A stretch of 64,000 nt of DNA, from the IMG/VR virus record IMGVR_UViG_3300035698_018317, positions 62,001 to 126,000 of that record, one strand, 5' to 3'. A model generated the notes under the pieces. The model was not told where the DNA came from. It saw only the letters and a list, made by a program, of their open reading frames with translations, and did not search any database. The translations under genes were made by a program, and so were the position numbers. Each line of letters starts with the position of its first letter. Positions within the stretch are counted from its first letter, which is position 1. Positions 1 through 10,266 of the stretch are shown piece by piece.

Positions 1-2
1 TA

Positions 3-587
3 TTCAAAGCATTTAAGGATGATGATGATAATAAGGTTGAACCATTCCCCATTAATGAAGGTTTGGCATTAGTTTATTCTGAATTAAAGAAAAAAGCTTA
101 TACTGGATTGGGAATTAGTTTTGGAGCAGGAATGGTAAATGTTTGTTTTGCAAACAGTGGATTCCCTGTGTTTGAGTTTTCAATAGTAAACTCGGGTGAC
201 TGGATTGATAAGATGGCGGCAAAAGCCACTGGCGAAACATCAACTTTCATTAATAAAGAAAAAGAAAAGCTTGATTTGACGGTTGACTCAGATTCATTAG
301 TTCAACGGGCAATTAAGGCTCAATATGAAATTATGGTTCAAAAGACTGTAACAGAAATAAAAAGAGGATTAGAAGAATCAAATAACAAAGCTAGAAACCC
401 CGGACATCCTATTGATATAGTGATTTCTGGTGGAACTAGTTCCCCCAAGGGTTTTAAAGAATTATTTGCTGATATTGTGGAAAAATCACATCTCCCGATA
501 GACTTAGGAGATATTATCAGGCCAAAAGACCCTCTTTATTCTGTGGCTCGTGGATGTCTATTCGCCGCAGAAATGTCGATGCAATAA
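3..587 (+). CDS. Actin/ParM/MreB-like ATPase, C-terminal part (5'-truncated by window edge)
   Basis: Frame is open back to nt 3 (FKAFKDDDDNKVEPFPINEGLALVY). Connect-1 NEGLA, phosphate-2 GISFGAGMVNV, adenosine IVISGGTS and connect-2 SVARG motifs. Confidence 0.75.
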   Translation, partial: FKAFKDDDDNKVEPFPINEGLALVYSELKKKAYTGLGISFGAGMVNVCFANSGFPVFEFSIVNSGDWIDKMAAKATGETSTFINKEKEKLDLTVDSDSLVQRAIKAQYEIMVQKTVTEIKRGLEESNNKARNPGHPIDIVISGGTSSPKGFKELFADIVEKSHLPIDLGDIIRPKDPLYSVARGCLFAAEMSMQ

Positions 588-607
588 ACCAAAGAAAGAA
601 GGAAAGA

Positions 608-1207
608 ATGAATGAAATGAAAGAAAAGCTTCTAGACGAAATAAAAGAAGAGCTTAAAGGTACATTTAAACATCGTTTGTTTGATAAAAAAAATGATAGA
701 GATTTTGAAACAGCATATAAAAACATGTGCGTTGATATGTTAAAAGATATATTAGACAATAACTCTGTGAAAATAAGATGGACTAAAGATGAAAATCTTG
801 AAGAAAAGGAATTGAAAATGGATGAATATAAGCGAGGGTATATATATGACCCAATGAGTGAAGACAAAATATTGAGAGATGACATGCCAGCAAAACTAAC
901 CTATGAAGACGCCCGAGAAAAAGCCACAGTTGACATCAGAAGCGAACATAAAGTGTGCGGAAATAATGATGATGGCTTCTGCGTTGAATCAGTAAGATTA
1001 GCAGGAAACAAAAAACATAAAACTCAAAACTCGTATGTTGATAAAATACACGAACATGTAGAAATACTTAGAAAATTCACCTCTGGAGAAGAAATGTTAA
1101 AAGAGATGTCGTATGTAGTTCGTGGTAAAATGAGTTCAATCATGCAGGAAATGTGCGATAAGATTATAGTAGAAACTAAGAATTTCAAACATTCTTTAAA
1201 TAAGTAA
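608..1207 (+). CDS. Hypothetical protein
   Basis: ORF track 554..1207; likely start at ATG 608 after the purine-rich GAAGGAAAGA. Confidence 0.6.
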   Translation: MNEMKEKLLDEIKEELKGTFKHRLFDKKNDRDFETAYKNMCVDMLKDILDNNSVKIRWTKDENLEEKELKMDEYKRGYIYDPMSEDKILRDDMPAKLTYEDAREKATVDIRSEHKVCGNNDDGFCVESVRLAGNKKHKTQNSYVDKIHEHVEILRKFTSGEEMLKEMSYVVRGKMSSIMQEMCDKIIVETKNFKHSLNK

Positions 1208-1246
1208 AATTCGTAATTCTCAAACAAAGAAAGAAGGAAAGAAAGT

Positions 1247-1477
1247 ATGGAACCCGTAATTCAAAAAGAAGTGTGCGATTTAGGTGCTGGTGCTTATATG
1301 CTTATGCATGGGTACAAAGTAATAGGTCGCAGAGGTCGTTGTATCATTTTTGAAGTAGAGCAAAGTGCAGATGACGAGTTCGAACAGAAGCAACTTGAAT
1401 ATTTATCTAGTGAATTTCACAGATTTGATTCTTGTTTAATGTCGTTGAAGAAGATTAATGAGTACATGCCCAAATAA
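1247..1477 (+). CDS. Small hypothetical protein
   Basis: 76 aa ORF with AAGGAAAG upstream. Confidence 0.65.
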   Translation: MEPVIQKEVCDLGAGAYMLMHGYKVIGRRGRCIIFEVEQSADDEFEQKQLEYLSSEFHRFDSCLMSLKKINEYMPK

Positions 1478-1488
1478 TTATTATATGA

Positions 1489-1495
1489 CTATATA
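1489..1495 (+). promoter_or_regulatory. CTATATA candidate late-promoter element 6 nt upstream of ATG 1502
   Basis: The same motif and spacing recur at 5831, 30221(-), 44818(-) and 45840. Confidence 0.45.
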
Positions 1496-1501
1496 CCTAT
1501 A

Positions 1502-2485
1502 ATGATACAGCACAACACAATCATAGAAGCGGCAGACCCAGCATTTGAGCAATTAAAAAGCGATGTTGACCGAATTATATCTTCTTTTCAAGACAGACTT
1601 GTTCGTTCAGTAACAAATGTTGTTTCTAATGCGGTACAGTATGCTCGTCAGGAAGGCCCACAGGGACCACAGGGAGCCTCACAAGGGACTTCGCAAGGAG
1701 TATCACAGTCAGGGCATCCTAAATCTCTTCCTTGGTTTAAATATGGAGTACGTGGGTTTTTAAATAAACTCTGGCATGGAGATAGTTCAAGTAATCCAAA
1801 TTACCAAACCGAAGGTATGACGCTTGAATCATATATTCATCTAGAAGAAAAAGTAGATGAAGCCGTAGACATAATTATAGAAGAAATGCTATGCGAAGCA
1901 GGGGTTGCAACAGGTGACCTTCAATCTGGTTGGATGGATGTATTCAAAGATTTCAGAAATGAATTATTTGTAACAATACAAAAACATTTAGCTGGTAAAG
2001 GAACTGTTGCCGCCCCTGATGCTAAAGAGCCACAATCTGAGCCGGAAGTTGAGTCACAACCTGAAACTAACGAACCAGAGGTTGTAGACCCTAAAGACAT
2101 TCCTCCTTCGGATAACGTGCAAGCAGATTCAGTTCGTTGGTGGAACCATGCTGGTAAACAGCATTTTGACAATGAAGAAACGCCAAAAATAGTAAAATTT
2201 TTAGATAGGCATCGTAGACATGAAACCTATAGAAGAATTTTTGCAAAGAAAAGGGACAAAGCGGTGGAAATTATGAAAGAAGCAGGGTTAGACCCAAATA
2301 AACCAGAAGATATTAAATTAGTATGGCCATGGCATTTAGATGTTCCAATAAGAGGGGCGAAAGTTGTAAAAGGTGCCTCGGCTCTTGAATCAGAAGACCA
2401 TAAAACGGCTATGAGAATATTAGAAGGTGCAAAACCAAGTACAATGGCCACCTACTACAAAATGTTATTAGAGTCCAGACGATAA
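1502..2485 (+). CDS. Hypothetical protein with P/Q/E-rich linkers
   Basis: 327 aa ORF. Confidence 0.65.
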   Translation: MIQHNTIIEAADPAFEQLKSDVDRIISSFQDRLVRSVTNVVSNAVQYARQEGPQGPQGASQGTSQGVSQSGHPKSLPWFKYGVRGFLNKLWHGDSSSNPNYQTEGMTLESYIHLEEKVDEAVDIIIEEMLCEAGVATGDLQSGWMDVFKDFRNELFVTIQKHLAGKGTVAAPDAKEPQSEPEVESQPETNEPEVVDPKDIPPSDNVQADSVRWWNHAGKQHFDNEETPKIVKFLDRHRRHETYRRIFAKKRDKAVEIMKEAGLDPNKPEDIKLVWPWHLDVPIRGAKVVKGASALESEDHKTAMRILEGAKPSTMATYYKMLLESRR

Positions 2486-2863
2486 ACCCTTAGATATATT
2501 ATCTAAATTTTCGACATCAACATATTGACCATCCTTTAAATTAGGGATGGTCTTTATTTTTTCTTTATATTCCGATTTGATACCTTCTATGACCTTGGCA
2601 TCTTCTTTATTTTCTGGGTCTAGTAATTCTTCTTGAGCCAACCCTACCGTATTAGACCACAAGAAAAAAGAAGGTAAACCTGTTGTGGGCTGTGTTGTAT
2701 ACACCCCGCCATCATCTATATCTTCTATGAGTCCAACGAAATACGTATACAAAGGCTTGGGATATGTTGTTGGATTTTCAGCCTTATAATCTCTGTTTAT
2801 AGGAGTTGTAAATATAGTGCATATTTTCCCGAGAAATATTTTTTTAAGTTTATTGATATCCAT
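2468..2863 (-). CDS. Hypothetical protein
   Basis: 131 aa ORF downstream of primase. Confidence 0.6.
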   Translation of the reverse strand: MDINKLKKIFLGKICTIFTTPINRDYKAENPTTYPKPLYTYFVGLIEDIDDGGVYTTQPTTGLPSFFLWSNTVGLAQEELLDPENKEDAKVIEGIKSEYKEKIKTIPNLKDGQYVDVENLDNISKGLSSGL

Positions 2864-2899
2864 AAAATTAATATAGTTCTAAATTTTTTATAAAGAAAT

Positions 2900-3928
2900 T
2901 CAAATTTCTTGAAGTTCTATTATTAAAGGGTCAAATTCCTCTTCGTATTCTTGAAGATAACGGTTGAGAACATTTGGTCCCAATTTAATCAACATTTCAT
3001 TCCAATCTTTATACTTTGTTGGTGGTTTTACATACTTTATTTTACCTTTGAAGCTCCCCATAGGTATTAAACCACCAATTTTTTTCATCGCATTTATACC
3101 GGCCTTATCGTTATCTAAGGCAATCACATGTTGATATTTTATCATAAAATATAATTGCGAATCATGAATTTCTTTTCCACCTAATGCGACCCCGTTTAAT
3201 CCTGCTGCACAGATAGCCAGTGCATCAAATTCACCTTCAGTAATGTAAATCTTGGCACCATCTTCAGGCCACCCTTTAGGCATATAAACTACGTCTTCTT
3301 TAGCTATCCCAGTTTTTTTATCCGGCCCCATATATTTCATGACATTCTTAGATTTTCCAAGGTATCTTCCATTGAAATATATTAATTTTCCATTTCTATC
3401 ATAATAAGGAATTATGATTCTATTTTTATAATCACCACCGACACATACATAAAACCCATCTATAGGAAGCTTTCTTTCTCTTAGGTGGATTTCTGCCGCA
3501 TTTCTAAAATAATCTCCCTCGGGTAAATCTTGAATGCGATAAGTCATCTCAGGAAAACTTATCTTATCTTCTTCTGGATTAGTTTCCACAATAACTTTGT
3601 GAGTCTTACTTTTACTTCGAGTCATTTCTTCGACTTGTTTTTCCATAGCAGCGAAAGTTAAGTCATATCCTTCCAAAATTTCTAATGCTTCATCAAAAGG
3701 ACAATTATCAACCTTCATAACAAGGGAAACTAGACTTCCTTTATTTCCCGTCTTCCAACAGTGATAAACACCATTGGCTCTCTCTTTCTTTCCGCCCTTA
3801 GTGTTACACCACATCTTGTGCTTATAATCTTCACAAAAAATAGAATTGACTTTGACTTCATCGCCCTTAAGGACAACATCGCCAAATCGACTCTCAACCC
3901 AACTAACAAATTTATCATGATTAATCAT
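2900..3928 (-). CDS. DNA primase (DnaG/gp61-like; Zn-binding domain plus TOPRIM)
   Basis: N-terminal C..H...HCWK Zn region; YFNGRY; TOPRIM ITEGEFDA and ALDNDKAG; KDWNE. Confidence 0.9.
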   Translation of the reverse strand: MINHDKFVSWVESRFGDVVLKGDEVKVNSIFCEDYKHKMWCNTKGGKKERANGVYHCWKTGNKGSLVSLVMKVDNCPFDEALEILEGYDLTFAAMEKQVEEMTRSKSKTHKVIVETNPEEDKISFPEMTYRIQDLPEGDYFRNAAEIHLRERKLPIDGFYVCVGGDYKNRIIIPYYDRNGKLIYFNGRYLGKSKNVMKYMGPDKKTGIAKEDVVYMPKGWPEDGAKIYITEGEFDALAICAAGLNGVALGGKEIHDSQLYFMIKYQHVIALDNDKAGINAMKKIGGLIPMGSFKGKIKYVKPPTKYKDWNEMLIKLGPNVLNRYLQEYEEEFDPLIIELQEI

Positions 3929-3936
3929 TGGTAACT

Positions 3937-3965
3937 ATTCTATCATTTTTATTTGATATTGCCAA
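3937..3965 (-). promoter_or_regulatory. Sigma70-type promoter for primase
   Basis: TTGGCA-17 nt-TAGAAT with TGn extension; ATG 8 nt downstream. Confidence 0.6.
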
Positions 3966-3990
3966 TTATTTTAAAAAATTATTTTTAGTC

Positions 3991-4018
3991 TTGAAATAAA
4001 TGAAAAATATAGTAAAAT
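3991..4018 (+). promoter_or_regulatory. Sigma70-type promoter for the nuclease gene
   Basis: TTGAAA-16 nt-TAAAAT; ATG 4025 lies 6 nt downstream. Confidence 0.55.
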
Positions 4019-4024
4019 AAAATA

Positions 4025-4801
4025 ATGAATATAACAGCTATAAGCGTTTCGAGAAAAAGTGTTTGGGACCAATGTACACAACTTTACAAGTATAAGTATC
4101 ATTTAAAAATTCCCCCACCGGGGCCAGAACCATTTTATTTTACATATGGTAAAATTGTTCATAAAATTGCAGAAGAATTTGTTTTAAGAAAAGGAAAAAC
4201 AGCCCTTGGAAAGGTTGCCTTAATGGTGCTTGAAGGAAAAATTCCTATGGACGCATATAATGGAGAATCTTTTTTTGCTCCACCTCTTCCTAAAGCATAC
4301 TCAAAAAGATTACCAGAACATATAGAGTCTATTGCTAAAATAACAAAACAATTAGGGACAAGTGGTATAGTAGAATATGAATTCTTGTATGATTTAGACC
4401 CGCCAAATAAGAAGAATGTAAGAGGGTTTATTGACCGTATTATAAAGAAAGATGATAACTATTTCATATTAGACTATAAAACAAGTAAAAAAGGCATATA
4501 CAGAAAAACCAGAAGTAATATTACATCTGATTTACAATTGAGAGCATATGCCAGAGTCATACAAAGAGAAAAAGATGTGCCTGCAAAGAATATTCATGCT
4601 GGTTTATATTACTTAGAAGGTGCAGATTTAGTTGGAGCAACATTTTCTGATAAATCTCTTAGACAAGCTGAAGAATCTTTGTTGTATACATACAAACAAA
4701 TAGAAAATACCCCAGAAGACAAAGCATGGGGAAATGTTGGTCGTCATTGCAGACGATGTGACTACGTAAAAAGATGTCCTTTTTATAGAATAACTAGCTA
4801 A
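4025..4801 (+). CDS. PD-(D/E)XK exonuclease, Cas4/AddB-like with Fe-S cysteines
   Basis: GFIDRI...ILDYKTS; one N-terminal Cys (DQC) plus C-terminal CRRC..KRC. Confidence 0.85.
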   Translation: MNITAISVSRKSVWDQCTQLYKYKYHLKIPPPGPEPFYFTYGKIVHKIAEEFVLRKGKTALGKVALMVLEGKIPMDAYNGESFFAPPLPKAYSKRLPEHIESIAKITKQLGTSGIVEYEFLYDLDPPNKKNVRGFIDRIIKKDDNYFILDYKTSKKGIYRKTRSNITSDLQLRAYARVIQREKDVPAKNIHAGLYYLEGADLVGATFSDKSLRQAEESLLYTYKQIENTPEDKAWGNVGRHCRRCDYVKRCPFYRITS

Positions 4802-4812
4802 TAGGTTAAAAT

Positions 4813-5298
4813 ATGCTTACAATAGCAATATCTCATAATATATTCCTTACTAAAGATGAACTTGCCACCCTTTCCATGGGAGAACCCGTAGAAACAATCG
4901 GTGTTAGCCTTCCTGTTTGGTTTTTTCAAGGCAATACGTCCGAACCCGCACACGAAGTGTTTTGCGAGTATAAATTAACAAACATAAAAGAAGATTATCC
5001 CGTTACCATTTTGGCAAAAGGATATAGAATAAATTTGCCTCAAGTTCCTGCTATGTTAAGTAAATTGAAAAAGCCTTCTAAAAGACAATGGGAAGAAATG
5101 ACTATCTCTGAGAAGGAAGATTGGAGGCAGGAAAACCCTGTATCTGTAACGGGGGAGGATTTACTGGACATAGATGAAGTAAATCCTTTTCACTTCAAGA
5201 AATACAATAAAATAAAAGAAGGCGACAGGCGAATGAATTGTATTCACGCTGTAGAAATCAGTACGTTTGAATTGTTGAATAAGTCTCTTACTTTTTAA
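4813..5298 (+). CDS. Hypothetical protein
   Basis: 161 aa ORF. Confidence 0.6.
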   Translation: MLTIAISHNIFLTKDELATLSMGEPVETIGVSLPVWFFQGNTSEPAHEVFCEYKLTNIKEDYPVTILAKGYRINLPQVPAMLSKLKKPSKRQWEEMTISEKEDWRQENPVSVTGEDLLDIDEVNPFHFKKYNKIKEGDRRMNCIHAVEISTFELLNKSLTF

Positions 5299-5813
5299 GG
5301 GATATCAGTTAAAGAAAGGCCCATTTCAAGAAGTATTTGTTCGCCGTCATTTAATGTCACGGTGGAACCTAAAGCCACAGAAGAAATGAGACTGCCTGAA
5401 TCATTTCCTGCGTCGGTAAGGAATAGATTTTTTACTGGTCCCCATGCTCCACCTATCGCAGAAAAGGCAACCACTGGGCTGTCTGCACGATAGTGACCTG
5501 AATTTAAGGCGACAGAAAACTGACTTAATGATGACACATCTTGCCGAACATAACCGTTTGCTGATGGCTCATTTAGCAAATTGCTCATAGTATCACTAAC
5601 GGCTATAGGGTCTCGTGCATCTAAACCAAAATAATAGAAATCTGGGATGTAAATACTATCTTGCCCACCAGCAAACACAGCGTTTAAAATAAACTGTTCT
5701 CCTTCCGCATGAAGGGTGTTATATAGATTAGAACTCTCCCAAAGAACTTCGCCTGTCTTTGACAAATGTTGTATTTTTTTAATTTTAATTAAGCCATGCC
5801 AGTCTTTTTGCAT
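5295..5813 (-). CDS. Putative virion structural (baseplate/tail-associated) protein
   Basis: 172 aa, beta-rich, small-residue composition; no firm family. Confidence 0.45.
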   Translation of the reverse strand: MQKDWHGLIKIKKIQHLSKTGEVLWESSNLYNTLHAEGEQFILNAVFAGGQDSIYIPDFYYFGLDARDPIAVSDTMSNLLNEPSANGYVRQDVSSLSQFSVALNSGHYRADSPVVAFSAIGGAWGPVKNLFLTDAGNDSGSLISSVALGSTVTLNDGEQILLEMGLSLTDIP

Positions 5814-5844
5814 AATTGATTCCTCTACCAGTATATATCATAGT

Positions 5845-6018
5845 ATGATATCTTTTAGAAAATGGTTAGAATTAGTTGATTCAGGTCCGTTCGAACCCGA
5901 GAACATCGTAGTCACCGCTATGAATGTTGCATCGGGTCCGGGTTCTTCTGAAATTCCTCCTACAAGAAAAAATAAACATTGTATGAAAAAGAAGATGAAG
6001 AAAAAGCAGAAAAAGTAA
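5845..6018 (+). CDS. Small protein with CTS-like N-terminus (MISFRKWLE) and Lys-rich tail
   Basis: ATG 5845 in ORF 5716..6018, preceded by GTATATA-N7. Confidence 0.55.
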   Translation: MISFRKWLELVDSGPFEPENIVVTAMNVASGPGSSEIPPTRKNKHCMKKKMKKKQKK

Positions 6019-6243
6019 TTACCACTTATTGTTCTTTTTCTCGTCATCGTCATCATTGTAGATTTCTTCTTCTTCTATTTCATCATCATCACTATACGGC
6101 CATTCTCCATCTCCATTAGGGTAAAATACCCATTTTTCTTCTTCGTTATCTTCAGATTCATTTTCCCAATCATCGTCTAATAATTCATCATCATCGTCCT
6201 GCCACTTTTTATTCTTTTTTAATCGTGGGTCTTCTTGCGTCAT
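6019..6243 (-). CDS. Small highly acidic protein
   Basis: 74 aa, D/E-rich. Confidence 0.55.
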   Translation of the reverse strand: MTQEDPRLKKNKKWQDDDDELLDDDWENESEDNEEEKWVFYPNGDGEWPYSDDDEIEEEEIYNDDDDEKKNNKW

Positions 6244-6252
6244 ATATTTTCC

Positions 6253-7653
6253 TTAATCAATAAAATTTCTTAATAATTTTCCATTTTTAACTGCCCACAT
6301 TTCTCTACTGCCTACTTTTTTATTTTCCTGTTGTATGCTTATTGCAGAGTCAATGGCAGATTGAATTACTTCTTGTTCATCTACATGTGTTTCTTCAACA
6401 ACTTTCCCTTCTGAGTCAAATTCATATCCTGTATCTATAGGAACTTCAATTTGTGCGTTCAGGAACGGGTTGTCTGAGTTTAATGCGGTTATTGCATAGT
6501 CTGATGGTTTGATTGTTCTTTTGTTGTTTATTCGTAAAAAGCATCTTGGTTTATCTTCAAAAATATCATCTTCTTTTTTGAGACACATCTTTACATCATC
6601 AATAGACTTAGATGAAGATAATCCTATAATGTTTTCACTAAGTATTTTTCGTTCTATAAAAACATCTTTTATTATTTTATCATATCCTTTATCATCTAAT
6701 TTAGAAGCATAAATCATATTTTCTGCAATTGATTTTGTAAATCTTACAGTTTTTGGTGCTTGAGCTACAGCTTTCAATAAATATCGGCAAGTAATATCTT
6801 TTGCTTTATGGAGTATAAGTGCTTTATTTTTTTTATTTTTTGTTTTCATGTCTTCAAAAATACGAACCATAATTTCATACCAAGCACCTGCAAATACTCT
6901 ACCAAAACTATGACACTCATTGGCTAATATTGCGTAAGGAGCTTTTCGAGGTAGCGTTTTAGGTTTAGCATATCCGAAAACATTTGTAACATCACGAAGG
7001 GAATCTAAATTTCCTTTTTGTTTATTAGTGATATTGAATGCTATAGCACCAATTTGTTCTGCGAGTTTAGAAATGACATTACTTTTCATCATATTGCCAT
7101 TAGTTTCTGAAAGGGCTTTGGCAATTACTTCTTCATGTTGCATAATAGAAAGTATTGCAGTGATATCGGCAAATGCTTCGTGAAAAGACCGAATTTCCAT
7201 CGCTGCTTGGTTCCATAAATCAGGTCTTAATAAATCGAGAATAGCATGGCCTAATTCATGAGCCACTATGTCTGCTGAGTCTGATGTATATACTGTTTCT
7301 TTCGTTTCAGGATTCTTTGCATAAAAGAAACGAAGTGCTTTTCTGTTGTAATTTGCATTTAATTGCTGGCCAGCCATAGGATAAATTTTTAAACAGTTGG
7401 TGGCAGACCACTTTTCAAATGGTTTTATATTCACTAACATTTTGTTAAAATAATTCATACAATTCACTAGCGTGATATAACAACTAGAATTATGAAACTC
7501 AGAAGAAGCCATCTTCGTTGGTTTATAATCATACCGTATGTTTAGACACAAATAACTTGGTGAAGTAGGAATTGTTATTTTCTTTAACAAAGATTTATCA
7601 CTCGGGTCATTTAAAAAATAATATGTTTTTTCTTCACTCATAATCTTACTCAT
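6253..7653 (-). CDS. Zinc metalloprotease, thermolysin/fungalysin (M4/M36)-like
   Basis: HELGH (HExxH), third ligand in FHEAFAD, downstream CHSFG. Confidence 0.8.
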   Translation of the reverse strand: MSKIMSEEKTYYFLNDPSDKSLLKKITIPTSPSYLCLNIRYDYKPTKMASSEFHNSSCYITLVNCMNYFNKMLVNIKPFEKWSATNCLKIYPMAGQQLNANYNRKALRFFYAKNPETKETVYTSDSADIVAHELGHAILDLLRPDLWNQAAMEIRSFHEAFADITAILSIMQHEEVIAKALSETNGNMMKSNVISKLAEQIGAIAFNITNKQKGNLDSLRDVTNVFGYAKPKTLPRKAPYAILANECHSFGRVFAGAWYEIMVRIFEDMKTKNKKNKALILHKAKDITCRYLLKAVAQAPKTVRFTKSIAENMIYASKLDDKGYDKIIKDVFIERKILSENIIGLSSSKSIDDVKMCLKKEDDIFEDKPRCFLRINNKRTIKPSDYAITALNSDNPFLNAQIEVPIDTGYEFDSEGKVVEETHVDEQEVIQSAIDSAISIQQENKKVGSREMWAVKNGKLLRNFID

Positions 7654-7698
7654 TTAACTTTAGGTATCATCGAGGATATATATTTTTAGTAATTTAAA

Positions 7699-8310
7699 AT
7701 GAACGAAAAAGAAGAGAGAATTAAAGAACAACGAACTTTAGAAGCAGCCCACAAAAATCTAAGTGGATTGGGAGGTAAGTTTGGCATAATCCTGCAAGGG
7801 CTAGGACAGCCTATCATTGCGCAAGGTGGTGGTAGTTTGTATGCGATGATTGAAGACCCTGATGAAATGCACGAAGAGAAAGAACTTGGTGGAACCCCGG
7901 AAGAAATGCAGGGGCAAATACCGTATTTTGACTCTCAAACCGGAGAAGAGCCTTTTGGAGGGGCGTGGAGAAACGATAGAGAATATGTAAAAGAGCCGTA
8001 CAGCGCACACAAGATAGGATATGTGTTTGATGGATTGAGCCGAGGAATTCATGTCGAAATTAAGTATGTGATTGACAACAACGAGCTAACAGTATATCAT
8101 AAGGGCTACTTAGTGTATAGAGAAGTAGCAGGTGACCTATTAGCCTTCGCTCCTAATGACGAATGGGAACAAAAGGTAGATAGATTATTTCAGTCAGCAA
8201 AAAAAACAAGCAATGAGAAAAGTAAGGAATCCCAGAAAGAAAAGGTTGCGAACGCTATGAGAAAAAAAGATAGTTGGTGGCAAACAGTAAAAACTAAATG
8301 GGGTTTATAA
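7699..8310 (+). CDS. Hypothetical protein
   Basis: 203 aa ORF. Confidence 0.6.
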   Translation: MNEKEERIKEQRTLEAAHKNLSGLGGKFGIILQGLGQPIIAQGGGSLYAMIEDPDEMHEEKELGGTPEEMQGQIPYFDSQTGEEPFGGAWRNDREYVKEPYSAHKIGYVFDGLSRGIHVEIKYVIDNNELTVYHKGYLVYREVAGDLLAFAPNDEWEQKVDRLFQSAKKTSNEKSKESQKEKVANAMRKKDSWWQTVKTKWGL

Positions 8311-8876
8311 TGACAGATGAAAAAAGAATCCAAAGAATAGAAGCATTAGTCGCACAATTCGCTAATCTAGAGGGCAACCCTTTAGATAATGCTCTTCGTT
8401 TAATTTCAACCTTACACACACCACCTCTTACTTATCGCTTTACGGAGAGACCGATGGGTTTTGGCATACAGTTTGATGCCAAGGTAGACGAGCTTTCAAT
8501 TGGTTATTCATATAATGAAGATGGAACAATCAATCAATGGACCAAAATTGAGAGATTTGGTGATACTCAGGAAGAAGCTAAAGCATCTTTAGATAATATG
8601 ATATCTAAACATTATTCTATAAAAAGAAAAATGGCCGCTGAAGGAGTATTAACCCCAATAGACCTAGAAGCATTTGATATTGAACATGGTTTAAAAGAAA
8701 AAATAACTTTTTCTGCTCAAGTATTATACAACGTAGGATTGGGTCCAGAATTCTTTGATATACCCAATATAGAAGCAATTAATGTTGATGATGCAAAAGT
8801 TGAAGCAAAAAAATTAGCAAATGAAAAATTTGGCGATGGCAATTGGATGGAAGTCAAAGTCAAACCTATTTCCTAA
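8310..8876 (+). CDS. Hypothetical protein
   Basis: ORF 8298..8876; probable start at 8310, coupled to the upstream stop. Confidence 0.6.
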   Translation: MTDEKRIQRIEALVAQFANLEGNPLDNALRLISTLHTPPLTYRFTERPMGFGIQFDAKVDELSIGYSYNEDGTINQWTKIERFGDTQEEAKASLDNMISKHYSIKRKMAAEGVLTPIDLEAFDIEHGLKEKITFSAQVLYNVGLGPEFFDIPNIEAINVDDAKVEAKKLANEKFGDGNWMEVKVKPIS

Positions 8877-10266
8877 TTTGATAATTTAATGGATTTGGAT
8901 GACTTCCATAGTGAGGAAGTCTCACAAATCGCAACCTATCAAGAGCAGTTATAGGCTTTTGTATTAGTTGGCCATATTTAGTTAGCATTAATGATTCTTC
9001 TATACCCGTCTTATCTCCGCCGCTAGGCTGGTTCCCAGTCAATATTCCGTTCAAAGTAAGACTTGATATTGTAGGAGTCTCAGACGTTACTGGAGGGGCA
9101 CCAGCATCATACAATGATTCTAATTGAGCAACAGACAATGGTGTATCCCAAATTGCCACTTCATCAATTACACCATTAAAGTAACCACGTTTAGTAGAAC
9201 CATTAGTCTGCATACTAGTAGCAAAAACTAATGGTTGACCAGAATACCAATCAGGGTCTTCCGTCATAGCCACAGAGCCATCCTCAACTGCATTAAGGTA
9301 TACCTTATGAGTAGAACCGTTGTAGATTATGGCAGCAAAATACCATGTGCCATTTTCAATAGTAGTAGCACCCGTAACAGGAACGTTCACACCATCCGAC
9401 AACTTTTCTGTATCGCCAGCTAATTTAACCCCAGATACCGTGTTAATACCAAGCATATAGTTAGCATTGATTCCAGCAGGAGATTCTTGCTCGGCACAAC
9501 CTTTGGATACTATCGGCTCAAAACTAGCAATGCCGCCATTACCCGTTGTGTCACCATCACCAGTGCCCGTTCTGTTAAACCAACAAGTAACAGTATATTG
9601 CTGACATCCCATTGCGGTTGGACCAGTTCTTGGAACTACCGCCTCTGCATTTTCTAACTGTATATAACTAGAACTGCCATTAAAAGTAGCAGCGGTATCA
9701 GCATCTCCAGATATTCCGCCAGCCGTTCCGAATGTCGTGCTGACCACATCTACACTATCATTGTTGTTAGCCGTTTCATCTATAACTTGGCTAGAACCGA
9801 GAGGCTCCCCAAGTCGCCAATACCCTTTGAGGTTGGCACTTTCTATAGCTTCAAGTATTGTTTGGTAGTCAGAACCACCACCGCCACCAATTCCTCTATC
9901 CAAATTAGCTAGTATCTGATTATATCGTCCATCTTCAAGTGCCGATATATCTAAATCATTGGCACCATCAGATAACACGACAGTCACAAAATCTTTTGAA
10001 GTAGACCCATTATCACTACTATGGACATCTACTTCTATTGATTGCCCATCAGTAATAGATGTCGTGACTTCAATCGTGGACCAATCAACTTCCTCTCCAG
10101 CATCGGCCCAACTAGAGGTGTATATCCCAGTATCAAATCCGCCTTCTACCCATATTTCACTAACCTCAACTTCATGCTGCGTGGTATTTCCTAAGTCATA
10201 TGCGGCACCCACAGCAATAGTTGTCGAAGTTGTGCCAATGAACCGTTGCCGCAAATTGACTCGCAT
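8866..10266 (-). CDS. LamG/concanavalin-like domain protein; probable C-terminal part of the frameshifted 13165 gene
   Basis: GYWRLGE...TFNGSSSY...WYFAAI...GVIDEVAIW LamG motifs; overlaps the end of the upstream ORF by 71 nt in the +1 frame. Confidence 0.75.
   Translation of the reverse strand: MRVNLRQRFIGTTSTTIAVGAAYDLGNTTQHEVEVSEIWVEGGFDTGIYTSSWADAGEEVDWSTIEVTTSITDGQSIEVDVHSSDNGSTSKDFVTVVLSDGANDLDISALEDGRYNQILANLDRGIGGGGGSDYQTILEAIESANLKGYWRLGEPLGSSQVIDETANNNDSVDVVSTTFGTAGGISGDADTAATFNGSSSYIQLENAEAVVPRTGPTAMGCQQYTVTCWFNRTGTGDGDTTGNGGIASFEPIVSKGCAEQESPAGINANYMLGINTVSGVKLAGDTEKLSDGVNVPVTGATTIENGTWYFAAIIYNGSTHKVYLNAVEDGSVAMTEDPDWYSGQPLVFATSMQTNGSTKRGYFNGVIDEVAIWDTPLSVAQLESLYDAGAPPVTSETPTISSLTLNGILTGNQPSGGDKTGIEESLMLTKYGQLIQKPITALDRLRFVRLPHYGSHPNPLNYQIRK

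Noticed and set aside
4025-4801. cas4 of a CRISPR system
   Set aside because: No cas1/cas2 or array; stand-alone Cas4-like nucleases are common in phages.
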